DNA from: Candidatus Peribacteraceae bacterium
GTDB taxonomy: Bacteria > Patescibacteriota > Gracilibacteria > Peribacterales > Peribacteraceae
Assembly: GCA_028711445.1 (NCBI GenBank)
Contig: JAQTSD010000002.1
Location: 27,044-91,043, forward strand
DNA length: 64,000 bases
Direction: 5' to 3'
Below, piece after piece: positions 25,033 through 36,253 of the stretch. Each line of letters opens with the position of its first letter. The first letter of the stretch is position 1. Under the pieces are notes generated by a model. It saw only the letters and a program-made list of their open reading frames with translations. It was not told the origin of the DNA and ran no database searches. Both the position numbers and the translations under genes were made by a program.

Positions 25033-26463
25033 ATGCCCCGACTTGCCGATCCAAAGAAAGACTTCTCGCAGTGGTACCTCGATGTCATCGAGCAGGCGGA
25101 TCTTGCAGAGAATGCCGATGTGCGCGGTTGCATCATTTTCAAGCCCTACGGCTATGCCATTTGGGAAGCGATGCAACGGGACATCGATCGTCGTATCAAG
25201 GAGCTTGGAGTGTCGAATGCCTATTTCCCGCTTTTCATTCCCGAGTCACTCCTTATGAAGGAGGCAAATCATGTCGAGGGATTCGCTCCGCAGTGCGCGG
25301 TGGTGACGCATGGGGGTGGGAAGGAACTTACCGAAAAACTCTACGTACGTCCCACGAGTGAGACGATCATCTATTCGGCGTATGCCCGTTGGGTTCACTC
25401 GCATCGGGATCTTCCCATCAAGCTGAATCAATGGGCGAACATCGTGCGCTGGGAGATGCGTACGCGGCCGTTTTTGCGAACGCTCGAGTTCCTGTGGCAG
25501 GAGGGACACACCTGTCACGCGACCAAGGAGGAGGCGGATACAATGACCGAAGCAGCGTTGCAGATGTATACGGCGTTCGATCGCGAGATGCTTGCGCTCC
25601 CGGTATTAACCGGTCGCAAGCCGGAACACGAGAAGTTTGCCGGTGCCCTGTATACCATGACGACGGAAGCGCTTGCCCGCGACGGGAAGGCGATCCAGGC
25701 AGGGACGTCGCACAATCTCGGTCAAGGATTTTCGGAAGCGTACAACGTTTCTTTCCTCGATGCGGCTGGGAAGTCGCAGCGCCCCTGGATGACGAGTTGG
25801 GGAGTTTCCACCAGGCTCATTGGCACACTTATCGTGGTGCACGGAGATGAGAAGGGTCTGCGTATTCCGCCCTCTCTTGCTCCAACGCAAATCGTATTCG
25901 TCCCGATCTATAAGTCGGATGAGGAGCGTGCTGCCGTGCTCGAAATGTGCCACAAAATCAAGAAACAATTATCTGACTTCCGTGTGTTCGTCGACGATCG
26001 AACCGAGAAATCTCCGGGTTTCAAGTTCAACGAGTGGGAAGTGAAGGGGGTTCCCGTACGTCTCGAAATCGGCCCGAAGGATCTGAAGGATGGTCAGGTG
26101 ACGGTTGTGCGACGGGACACATCCGTCAAAGAGACCTTGCCGCTCGCACAGTGCACTCCTGCTATCTTTGAAAAATTGCTCCAGTCAATTCAGACCGGCT
26201 TGTTTACACAAGCGCAACGTTTCCTTGATGACCACACGTTTGAAGCGAAGTCGTATGAGGCGCTCAGGGAACATATCGATGGCGATGGCGGATTCGTATG
26301 GGCGCCATGGGATGGTGAACTGGCCACGGCCGAAAAGATCCAAAGCGAGGTCAAGGCGTCGATTCGTCTGCTCGATCTCAATCCAAAGAAAGTCAAAGGA
26401 CGCAAAGATATCCTTTCCGGTGTCCCAGCCCAGAGCATGGCTCTCTATGCGAAGGCTTATTGA
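25033..26463 (+). CDS. proS: proline--tRNA ligase (archaeal/eukaryote-like short form)
   Basis: DFSQWYLDVIEQADLAE...RGCIIFKPYGYAIWE...FPLFIPE...RPTSETIIY...WANIVRWEMRTRPFLRTLEFLWQEGHT...GTSHNLGQ...WGVSTRLIG. 476 aa with no editing insertion. Confidence 0.93.
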   Translation: MPRLADPKKDFSQWYLDVIEQADLAENADVRGCIIFKPYGYAIWEAMQRDIDRRIKELGVSNAYFPLFIPESLLMKEANHVEGFAPQCAVVTHGGGKELTEKLYVRPTSETIIYSAYARWVHSHRDLPIKLNQWANIVRWEMRTRPFLRTLEFLWQEGHTCHATKEEADTMTEAALQMYTAFDREMLALPVLTGRKPEHEKFAGALYTMTTEALARDGKAIQAGTSHNLGQGFSEAYNVSFLDAAGKSQRPWMTSWGVSTRLIGTLIVVHGDEKGLRIPPSLAPTQIVFVPIYKSDEERAAVLEMCHKIKKQLSDFRVFVDDRTEKSPGFKFNEWEVKGVPVRLEIGPKDLKDGQVTVVRRDTSVKETLPLAQCTPAIFEKLLQSIQTGLFTQAQRFLDDHTFEAKSYEALREHIDGDGGFVWAPWDGELATAEKIQSEVKASIRLLDLNPKKVKGRKDILSGVPAQSMALYAKAY

Positions 26464-26532
26464 GTTTTTGAAGCTCAGGAGTTTCGTTTGTCCAATGTTT
26501 GCGGTATACTGGCGTCCGCTTCCCCACTGATC

Positions 26533-26988
26533 ATGAAAAAATTCTCCCTCCTCTTAGGAGCCCTCGGCGGTGCGATGGCCGGGTACCTTTTCAGCAACAA
26601 GAAACTCCGTGACGAGCTGGCAAATGCCACAGATGCGGAGATGGCGGCGAAGACGCTCGGCAAACATCTTCAGCGCGACGGTCGGACGCTGGCAAATCAG
26701 GTGCAGAAGTTCGTCGAGAGTGATGAGGTGCAGACGCACTGGAAAACGATGAAGGGTTTTGCCTTGAGGAAGGTCCGGCAGGCGAAGAAAGAGGTGCAGC
26801 ATTATTTCGGAGAAGAGGCAGATGCGGTTTGCAGGACGGCAGGAGATGCTATGGCACGTGCGAAGGGTATGGCAACAAAAGGAGAGAAGGGGATGAAACG
26901 CGCCGCCCAGAAAGTTGGAAGGAAAGCGGCAAAGGCTGCGAAGAAGGTTGTGCGTGGCGTGCAGGCGAATATCCGAAAGCTTACATAA
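26533..26988 (+). CDS. YtxH-like domain protein
   Basis: MKKFSLLLGALGGAMAGYLFSNKKLRDEL, followed by Lys/Ala-rich helices. The ATG at 26533 lies inside ORF 26488..26988. Confidence 0.6.
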   Translation: MKKFSLLLGALGGAMAGYLFSNKKLRDELANATDAEMAAKTLGKHLQRDGRTLANQVQKFVESDEVQTHWKTMKGFALRKVRQAKKEVQHYFGEEADAVCRTAGDAMARAKGMATKGEKGMKRAAQKVGRKAAKAAKKVVRGVQANIRKLT

Positions 26989-27149
26989 TTTTTGCCTACG
27001 GAAGCCATAGTTCAAGCAGCCCTCTTTTTAAGGCAGCTTGTTGCCAACATCATCAAATGATGTCATCATCTTTTTTTGACAAACGTTTGCGCTTTCCCCC
27101 CCTCCTCTTTACCCTATCTGCGTATTTGTTATCTCTTTCCTTATCTTCT

Positions 27150-27611
27150 ATGAAGAAAATCTTCCTCTCATCCATGTCTGTTGCGTTGGCTATGGCACTT
27201 ATCGCTCCGGCGTTCGCAGCGACGACGGATGTCACCAATGTCTCCGGTGCTCGGCAATACTTCTTCACCCAAAGGCCTTCGCGCCGTGCGGTACGCGATG
27301 CGAATTTGACGCGCAATGTGCTGAAGGAGGCCAAAGAGAAGAAGCCCGCTGCCGCGAGTGCGGGGCAGAATGCACTGGCCAAGCTCCAGCGCGCTCGCAC
27401 TGTTCGCGTCAAGAATAACGTTGCGAAGCCCGGGACCGGTACCTATAGGATTCTGAACAGGGTTGTTCCGATGACGCGCGTGATGCCCCGGGAGTCCGCA
27501 TTGCCAGCAACAATTGTTCAGACAGGCTTCTCCGTTGACCACCCGTCCGTGCGTGACGTACAACGTGCGGCTGCACAACAGGCAGCGACGATGTTGAAGT
27601 TTGTGAAGTGA
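27150..27611 (+). CDS. hypothetical secreted protein
   Basis: MKKIFLSSMSVALAMALIAPAFAATT is a clear signal peptide (AFA-A cleavage site). The upstream part of track ORF 26829..27611 overlaps the ytxH-like gene and is rejected. Confidence 0.5.
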   Translation: MKKIFLSSMSVALAMALIAPAFAATTDVTNVSGARQYFFTQRPSRRAVRDANLTRNVLKEAKEKKPAAASAGQNALAKLQRARTVRVKNNVAKPGTGTYRILNRVVPMTRVMPRESALPATIVQTGFSVDHPSVRDVQRAAAQQAATMLKFVK

Positions 27612-27681
27612 TCGAAAAAGCAAAGTATCTTCCTTCGTACTTTGTACGTCGGAAGACAGAGAGAAATTACATTGATTAAAG

Positions 27682-27714
27682 AATCAGAGGAACAAAGGTT
27701 CCTCTGATTTTTTT
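27682..27714 (+). terminator. rho-independent terminator
   Basis: Perfect 12-bp stem AATCAGAGGAAC-AAAG-GTTCCTCTGATT, followed by a T-run. Confidence 0.8.
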
Positions 27715-27818
27715 CCTCCTCCGATCATTCGCTACTTGTCCATAGCGCAGTGAAAAGGAAATGGGAAACCGTCGAATGTTCTTCTACAATTCCTCAGATC
27801 TTCATCCCCCCATTTTTT

Positions 27819-29897
27819 ATGAGTGCACTCGCCGCTTCCATCTTTCCATTTTCGCATACGCTCTCCAATGTGCTCCTCGTTGTTCTGCTGACGGGTATCC
27901 TCGCACTCGTTTCTGCGATGAGCTTCCGGATCGCTGTGGGAATGCGAGGCGTGGGAACGCAGAAGATGCAGGATGTGGCACTGGCGGAGCGCAACAATGT
28001 GACCACTCTCCTTGGGCGCGTTCGTTGGTTCGTTATTCTCCTTTCGCTTCTATTCGTCTGTTGTCTCTATGCAATGATGGACGGTGGATGGGGTGTCGTT
28101 GCAGGCGGGGCATGGCCACTTCCCATGATTGCGGGAAGTTTCCTCTTCGGGGTGATCGTGGCACTCGTGGGAGTATCCTATGCGGCTCGCGCAGCACATA
28201 CGGCACAGATGCACACGGCACAAGCAGCGCGTGTCGGTCTCACGGAGGCTCTGCGCACGGCATTTCTTGGCGGGTCGATCACCGGATTCGTAGTTGTGGG
28301 GAGCGTTGTCGTCGGCATGGCGTTCCTCCTCCTTCTCCTCATGGAATTTCTTGGCATGCCGCTGAATGATGTCGGGGGTTCAATGGTGGCATTCGTTGCA
28401 GGTGCGTCGATTGTGACACTGGTCATCCGGCTTGCAGGCGGAGCGTTCCTCCAGGGGGCTAGTTTGGCAGGTGCAGATACAAGAGGGGCGGCGGGGGATG
28501 CCGCTCGCACATCGGTGGCGGGCGCCCTGCTCGCAGGTGACACCGTGGTTGAAGTCGTTGGCGGTGCAATGGATCTGTTGCAGAGTATGCTCTTCGTTCT
28601 CGTTACTGCTTTCCTCGTCGGATCATCCATGCCCGGAGAGAGTGTTCCGGAACAGGCGGCGGTACTGCCTTTTGCTGTCATCGGTCTAAGCATCATTTCG
28701 AGCATTTTCGGTACGTTCGTGGTGCGGACGAAACGTGGGGATCGCAATGTACAGGCCGTTCTCAAAAACAGCCTCTTCTTTGCGGCGACACTCCTGCTCA
28801 TCGGGTCATTCTTCCTCTGCCACGGTTTGCTGGCGACCGATATGTTCCTTGGGATCTATGTCGCCACCATCACAGGTCTCGTCATTGGTATTGTCTTCTC
28901 TATGGCAGCAGAGTACGCCACGTCCGAATATTTTGCTCCTGTACGTCGTCTTGCAGCCGGCTATAAAGATGGACTCGTCTCAGCTACGTTCTCGGGGGTG
29001 GCGCTCGGCACGCGTTTTGTCTGTCTGCTCACGGTACTTCTCATCATGAACGTCCTCATTGCCTTCATTGCCGGGGGATTCTTCGGTGTTACCATGAGTA
29101 TGGTAGGAATGATCTCTCTCCTTGGGGTGCAATTGGCGATTGACGCAAGCTGTTGCGCAATGAGACATGCGGGAACAATCGCAGAGTCTTCCGATCTTCC
29201 CAAACAGGTGTGTGCACGGACGAATGTCCTGCGGGGGGCGGGCGATACGCTTGCTGCGGCCGGAAGAGTTTCCATGGTGGGGATCGGCATCTTAAGCGGT
29301 GTCCTCCTGCTCATCTCCTTCAGCGGTGCCGCGAGTTTCGACGCCGCAAATGCGGCGACGACTCTTGTCGTGATCTGCCTACTTCTCGGTGCCGCAGCAT
29401 CGTTTGCCGTCCTGAGTGCGCTGTTGCGTGCAGGTCGGACGGTTGCCCGTGGGTGGCTTTCCCGGTCGCAGATGCCGCGCGCTCCCGCACAAAGCGTAGA
29501 TGATGGCATACGCGTTGTTCGGAAGGTGGCATCTGGAGCCGTCTGGAGGACAGGATTCCCTCTTTTCCTCATGGCCGTGTTCCTCCCCATCATTCTCGGC
29601 ATGTTTGCAGGGTCGCAGGCACTCGGTGCGTTCCTTTTAGGCTTCCTCATTTCCTCCGGGGGTCTCGCGTTGGCCATGATCGTGAGCGGCGGAGCGTTTC
29701 GCAATGCATTAAGACATGTCGAAGAGGGGAACGATGGAGGCGAGGGGAGCGTTGCATATCGCTCGGCACTTATTACCGATGCCCTCGGTGTATCACTGGG
29801 CACCGCCGTCGCTCCGACGCTCATCGTATTCCTCAAAACGATGTTGATCGTCTCCCTCCTCTTCCTCACCTTCTTCACCGGCGGGGGGATGCTGTAG
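27819..29897 (+). CDS. membrane-bound pyrophosphatase (H+/Na+-PPase) homologue with degenerate catalytic motifs
   Basis: Clear collinearity with M-PPases: KMQDVA..., ARVGLTEALRTAFLGGSITGFVVVG, RLAGGAFLQGASLAGADTRG, GDTVVEVVGGAMDLLQS, GGAFRNALRHVEEG...GEGS, TDALGVSLGTAVAPTL..LKTM. Most conserved Asp/Lys/Glu residues are substituted (see findings). Confidence 0.75.
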   Translation: MSALAASIFPFSHTLSNVLLVVLLTGILALVSAMSFRIAVGMRGVGTQKMQDVALAERNNVTTLLGRVRWFVILLSLLFVCCLYAMMDGGWGVVAGGAWPLPMIAGSFLFGVIVALVGVSYAARAAHTAQMHTAQAARVGLTEALRTAFLGGSITGFVVVGSVVVGMAFLLLLLMEFLGMPLNDVGGSMVAFVAGASIVTLVIRLAGGAFLQGASLAGADTRGAAGDAARTSVAGALLAGDTVVEVVGGAMDLLQSMLFVLVTAFLVGSSMPGESVPEQAAVLPFAVIGLSIISSIFGTFVVRTKRGDRNVQAVLKNSLFFAATLLLIGSFFLCHGLLATDMFLGIYVATITGLVIGIVFSMAAEYATSEYFAPVRRLAAGYKDGLVSATFSGVALGTRFVCLLTVLLIMNVLIAFIAGGFFGVTMSMVGMISLLGVQLAIDASCCAMRHAGTIAESSDLPKQVCARTNVLRGAGDTLAAAGRVSMVGIGILSGVLLLISFSGAASFDAANAATTLVVICLLLGAAASFAVLSALLRAGRTVARGWLSRSQMPRAPAQSVDDGIRVVRKVASGAVWRTGFPLFLMAVFLPIILGMFAGSQALGAFLLGFLISSGGLALAMIVSGGAFRNALRHVEEGNDGGEGSVAYRSALITDALGVSLGTAVAPTLIVFLKTMLIVSLLFLTFFTGGGML

Positions 29898-29907
29898 TAC
29901 AATCTTT

Positions 29908-31326
29908 TTACGTGATCACCTTGTAGCAGGGGTCGTACTCCCCCTCGAGTTTCATCCGTTTCTCTGCGACGAAGCGCTCCAGGAGGATGCTGACCTCTCG
30001 CATGATCTCGGCATCTCCCCGCAGTTCGTAGGGGCCGTTCTTTTGTATGCTCTTCACGCCGTCGTCTGTGACATTTCCATAGACGATAGCAGAGAAGAGG
30101 CGTCGTAGCTGCGCACAGAGTACGTAGGGTGACTGGTTGCGGTGAATTTCGAGCTTACTCACGTTTTCGTGCGTAGGATGGAACGGTTGCTGTACCTCTT
30201 CGGGCAGGTACAGACTGCGGTACCATAGCTCCTGGTCGTCGTGTGCTGCCCGGCAATTCTTCGCCCGCTCGATGGCGGCCATCATATGCTGTGCAACGCG
30301 CTCAGGATCGTTGATGATGATCTCATAAAGCGGCCCGGGAGTTGTTCGGATAGCATCTCGTCCGACTGTCTTCATGATAAAACTGTCGATTGCCTCGAAG
30401 TAGTCGCGTGACGATTCTGGTCCCGTGAGAATAACGGGGTAGACTTGATCGCGATTCTCCTCGTGCAGGAGCATCGAGAGAATCATCTGGATCTCCTCGG
30501 CGGTTCCCGGCCCGCCTGGGAAGATGATACATCCCATCGAGGCACGGATGAACGCTTCGAGGCGCTTCTCGATGTCTGGGAGGATGACGAGTGGTTTCAC
30601 GAAGAGGTTCGGCGGTTCGGAGGTGATGATGCCCGGACAGTTGAAGCCGAACATGCGGGCGTTGGTGATGCGTTCAGCTGCGTAGGCTGCCGCCGCTCCG
30701 CTGAACGATGAGCGCATTATTCCTTGGCCGCCACCAGAGATGAACTCGCAGAAGCGTTCGGCCAGTCGCGTGCATACTGTTTTTCCGTACTTGTATGTTG
30801 TATCCGAGATTGCGTGACCACCGAAGCAGGTGATGCGCGTGAGCTCGTAACGGGCGCGCTCTACGAGCTTGAGGGGATCGGCGACCGGTGGGATGCGCTG
30901 GAAGACACTTGCATGATCGAGGATGCGGAAAACTGCGTCGGTGATCTCGTGTGGACTCTGTGGTTTGCCAATCGCTCGTGCATGGAAGATGAGGTCGATG
31001 GCGGCGGAACAGAGGTGTTCGCGCATCGACTCGTGAATTCTTTGCCCATCAATGAAGGCAGTCAGCGGGCCGTTCTCGAGGATGAATTTGATGCTCCCAC
31101 GCGTCCGGGCGATGGTCACGTTGAAAGTCGGGTAGCGTTCCAGAAGCTCCGTCGTGCTGTCACTATCCGTTCCTGCGTGGAGGATTCCGAGGCAGCAACG
31201 TCGTAATGTCTCGTGGTGTCCGTTCCCCACACTTGTGAGATACTGAATATCCTCCTCAGGAAGGTAGGAGAGACGCTGGTCCAGCGCGTCCACCTCCATC
31301 TGCCGGAATGTGTGGAATTGTTCCAT
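29908..31326 (-). CDS. ppnN: nucleotide 5'-monophosphate nucleosidase PpnN-like (LOG family with flanking domains)
   Basis: 472 aa. Central LOG motifs SGGGQGIM and FPGGPGTAEEI, plus the long N- and C-terminal extensions typical of PpnN/YgdH. Confidence 0.8.
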   Translation of the reverse strand: MEQFHTFRQMEVDALDQRLSYLPEEDIQYLTSVGNGHHETLRRCCLGILHAGTDSDSTTELLERYPTFNVTIARTRGSIKFILENGPLTAFIDGQRIHESMREHLCSAAIDLIFHARAIGKPQSPHEITDAVFRILDHASVFQRIPPVADPLKLVERARYELTRITCFGGHAISDTTYKYGKTVCTRLAERFCEFISGGGQGIMRSSFSGAAAAYAAERITNARMFGFNCPGIITSEPPNLFVKPLVILPDIEKRLEAFIRASMGCIIFPGGPGTAEEIQMILSMLLHEENRDQVYPVILTGPESSRDYFEAIDSFIMKTVGRDAIRTTPGPLYEIIINDPERVAQHMMAAIERAKNCRAAHDDQELWYRSLYLPEEVQQPFHPTHENVSKLEIHRNQSPYVLCAQLRRLFSAIVYGNVTDDGVKSIQKNGPYELRGDAEIMREVSILLERFVAEKRMKLEGEYDPCYKVIT

Positions 31327-31378
31327 GGGGGGAATTCGTGGCTTTACAAGCTATATTTTTTGGTGTGAAGTGTCAATC

Positions 31379-33120
<1,742 letters not shown>

Positions 33121-33137
33121 TGCTACACTTACCTCGC

Positions 33138-34076
33138 ATGACTCTTTCTCAAACCATCCTCGGTGTCCGGTTTTCCAACCCCACCGTTCTTGCTTCGGGT
33201 ATCTGGGGGATCACGGCAGCGAGTTGGCGTGCGGCGGCGAGGGTCGGAGCAGGAGGAGTGACGACGAAATCCCTCTGGTTGAAGGAGCATCGCGGCCACG
33301 TCAGTCCGGTGATCATCGCCACGGACCATTGGACACTCAATGCCGTCGGAGTGCCGGATGCCGGCATCGAGAAGGCACGCGAGGAGATCGGGGACTACCA
33401 GAGAGATCCACCTGTTCCTCTGATTGCGAACATCATTGCCGACACGGTCGAAAATTACGGCAAGACCGCTTCGGCGATCGCGAAGCTCAAACCGGAATTT
33501 CTTGAGGTGAATATCAGCTGCCCGAATGTGGAGGATGAGTTGGGCAAGCCCTTCGCCTGTTCTGCGCACGCTGCCGCGGCTGTCACGAAAGCCGTGAAGG
33601 CTGTCAGCGGGAAGATCCCCGTCTTCATTAAGCTCTCGCCGAATGTCGACTCCATCGCCGCGATCGCACAGTCCTGCGCCGCCGCCGGCGCGGACGGCTT
33701 CACCGTCATCAATACCGTCGGGCCGGGCATGGCGATCGACTTGAAGAGCCGCATGCCCATCCTCACCAACCGTGTCGGCGGTCTCTCTGGTCCGGCCATC
33801 AAGCCGATCGCGGTCCGGTGCATTGCGGACGTCTACCGTGCGACGGACGGCGAGCTCCCGATCATCGGGACGGGAGGCGTGATGACCGGCGAAGACGCGC
33901 TGGAACTCATGCTTGCGGGTGCGAGTCTCATCGGTATCGGATCTGCCGTCGGCTATCGAGGTCACAAGGTTTTTTCACTTGTCTGTGCGGAGATGGAGAC
34001 ATGGTGTAAGCGGGAGGGGGTCAGGAAGATCGGGGAGATGGTGGGGGCATTGAAAGATGTACAACATAAGGCATGA
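33138..34076 (+). CDS. pyrD: dihydroorotate dehydrogenase B, catalytic subunit
   Basis: NPTVLASG...GGVTTKS...LNAVGVPDAG...EVNISCPN...FIKLSPN...INTVGPGMAIDL...GGLSGPAIKPIAVR...IIGTGGV. The start (33120 or 33138) is uncertain. Confidence 0.9.
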   Translation: MTLSQTILGVRFSNPTVLASGIWGITAASWRAAARVGAGGVTTKSLWLKEHRGHVSPVIIATDHWTLNAVGVPDAGIEKAREEIGDYQRDPPVPLIANIIADTVENYGKTASAIAKLKPEFLEVNISCPNVEDELGKPFACSAHAAAAVTKAVKAVSGKIPVFIKLSPNVDSIAAIAQSCAAAGADGFTVINTVGPGMAIDLKSRMPILTNRVGGLSGPAIKPIAVRCIADVYRATDGELPIIGTGGVMTGEDALELMLAGASLIGIGSAVGYRGHKVFSLVCAEMETWCKREGVRKIGEMVGALKDVQHKA

Positions 34077-34903
34077 GTACAACTATTCCATTACAGGCGC
34101 GGCTTCCGAAGACTTATAAAATCACTTCCATGAAGCGTGAGACGGAGCAGGTGACATCATGTACATTTGACGTATCGCTTGGATCGCGGCCCGGACAGTT
34201 TGTGATGCTGTGGCTTCCCGGGGTGGAGGAGATCCCCATGAGCGTGGCGAATGATGACGGAAAGCAACTCACAGTTACATTCTTCGCTGTCGGAGAGACT
34301 ACCAAGAAGCTGGCGGGGTTGAAGAAAGGTGATCTGGTCGGACTGCGCGGTCCCTTTGGGACATTCTACGAATGGAAACCTCGTCAGAAGCTCGCACTTG
34401 TCGCGGGTGGTTATGGTGCTGCTCCAATGTATTTCACGGCGAGAGAAGCGGCGAAAGATGGTTGTACACTTTTCATCTTCGTTGGTGCACGAAGTAAAGA
34501 GCATCTCCTCTACCTTTCGGCGTTTAAGAAATTGCCACGTACGACCTTGTATATTTCAACCGATGATGGCTCACAGGGGTTTAAAGGTTTCAATGTGCAA
34601 TTGCTGGAGAAGATGCTCAAAGAGGGCAAGCAAGCCCTTACAATCGACCAGATCTTCGCCTGCGGACCCGAACGGATGCTTAAGGCCGTCTCAGATCTCT
34701 CCTTCAGGAAAAAGATTCTCAGCCAACTCTCGTTGGAGCGTTACATGAAGTGCGGTTTCGGCCTGTGCGGCAACTGCGTCGTCGACCCGCTCGGTATCCG
34801 CCTCTGTATCGATGGACCAGTTGTGAAGAATGATCTTGCGCGCAAGATCACGGAATTCGGGAAGTATCATCGGGATGAACTGGGGAGAAAGAGAGTGTTG
34901 TAG
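34073..34903 (+). CDS. pyrK: dihydroorotate dehydrogenase electron transfer subunit
   Basis: FAD/NAD-binding fold (RPGQFVMLWLPG...EIPMSV; LVAGGYGAAPM). C-terminal 2Fe-2S ligands MKCGFGLCGNCVVD. ATGA overlap with pyrD. Confidence 0.9.
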   Translation: MSTTIPLQARLPKTYKITSMKRETEQVTSCTFDVSLGSRPGQFVMLWLPGVEEIPMSVANDDGKQLTVTFFAVGETTKKLAGLKKGDLVGLRGPFGTFYEWKPRQKLALVAGGYGAAPMYFTAREAAKDGCTLFIFVGARSKEHLLYLSAFKKLPRTTLYISTDDGSQGFKGFNVQLLEKMLKEGKQALTIDQIFACGPERMLKAVSDLSFRKKILSQLSLERYMKCGFGLCGNCVVDPLGIRLCIDGPVVKNDLARKITEFGKYHRDELGRKRVL

Positions 34904-34933
34904 ATCTTTCAATGGTCTCTTTCGAAAGAGGTA

Positions 34934-36073
34934 TCACGTGCGAATTTTTCGATCCAGAGCAAGAATGATCTCGATCACCTGCTCGACTCCTTTGAGATAC
35001 GTCTTCTTTTCCATCTTCTCTTCAAGCGAATGTGTAGCAAAGCCATTACTTGCGCCGAGTGTGACGGTTGGAATGCCGCGTGCAAGGGAAACATCACCGT
35101 CTGTATTGCCAATCTTGAAAAACGGTCTGATGCCGAGGGATCGTTGCACCTTCCTTGCGGTAGTGCAGAGGAGGTGATTCTTTGGCATACTTGCTGCTTT
35201 TGTCATGGAGAGCATCGTGAGTTTGAACGTCACGCCGCCTTTCTTGTGCGTGCGGAGCACTCTGTGAAAAAGTTGTACGAGAGCGTTGATATTCTTCTGC
35301 CTCTCCGCGCGGAATTCTAGAAGCATCTTCGCTTCGCCGGGAATGGCATTGATACTCTTCCCTCCCTGAATTGCTGTCACATTGTACGTCGTATCCTTCG
35401 GTCGAGTGATCTTCGACAGATCGTGGATGATGGAGGAAAGGATGACGACGGCATTCGGCTCGCCGAAGTTGCGCCAGCTGTGCGCCCCTTTCTGCTTGGC
35501 AATCACCGAGAAATCTGCGCGGTACTGTCCCACACACGCATTCGTCACACGTCCAATATCGTGGCTCTCGATATTTACCACATGAGAGATAATTTTTTCA
35601 TATTTTGTGATGATTCTCTTCATGCCCCGTTTGGCACCCAGCCCCTCTTCCCCGACCGTGAAGACAACGAGATAGTTCTGCTCGAGAGGAATCTTCACAT
35701 CTCGCACAAATTTCAGAAATGTCAGGAGTGCAGTCACTCCCGCAGCATTATCACAGATACCGTGAGCGTGCAGAAATGTCGCGTCCTCTCGTACTCTGAT
35801 GGGTGACGGAGTATCGCAAGCCGTGTCTGCATGAGCACAGAGGAGAATGAACTTCTTCTGCTTGGGATGTGTGATGAGAAAGCCGATTGCATTGCCTTCA
35901 GCGTCTCTATGTACGTTCTTTAAGCCGAAGGAAGAAAGGATCTTCATGAGGTATCGGGTCCTCCTCTCTTCATGAAAAGTGGGAGACGGTATCTGGCAGA
36001 TAGTTTTCAGAAGTCGAAAAACATCTCCCCGGGATTCCCGGAGGAATGCACGGGTGGATGGGACGATTGTCAT
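34934..36073 (-). CDS. M20 family metallopeptidase
   Basis: LCAHADTA (metal-binding His/Asp), ICDNAAGV, VFTVGEEGLGAKRG (catalytic Glu-Glu), and a C-terminal GNTDG...GIPTVTLG. Confidence 0.8.
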   Translation of the reverse strand: MTIVPSTRAFLRESRGDVFRLLKTICQIPSPTFHEERRTRYLMKILSSFGLKNVHRDAEGNAIGFLITHPKQKKFILLCAHADTACDTPSPIRVREDATFLHAHGICDNAAGVTALLTFLKFVRDVKIPLEQNYLVVFTVGEEGLGAKRGMKRIITKYEKIISHVVNIESHDIGRVTNACVGQYRADFSVIAKQKGAHSWRNFGEPNAVVILSSIIHDLSKITRPKDTTYNVTAIQGGKSINAIPGEAKMLLEFRAERQKNINALVQLFHRVLRTHKKGGVTFKLTMLSMTKAASMPKNHLLCTTARKVQRSLGIRPFFKIGNTDGDVSLARGIPTVTLGASNGFATHSLEEKMEKKTYLKGVEQVIEIILALDRKIRT

Positions 36074-36253
36074 CGGTGAAACTCTATGCGATGAGAAGAG
36101 AGATGGTCAAGGTAAGAACTGATCAAAGACGAAGTTCTCAGAAAGAAACCAGTGTTTTTTCGAGACAAATTAGGTTTGACATTCGGCATTGGTGGTATCA
36201 AGATGCCTCTTTCCCGGCGCACCACCATTATTATGTTATCTTTCCGAAGAAAG

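Noticed and set aside
26829-27149. The upstream 107 codons of track ORF 26829..27611.
   Set aside because: They overlap the ytxH-like gene out of frame. A canonical signal peptide begins at the internal ATG at 27150.
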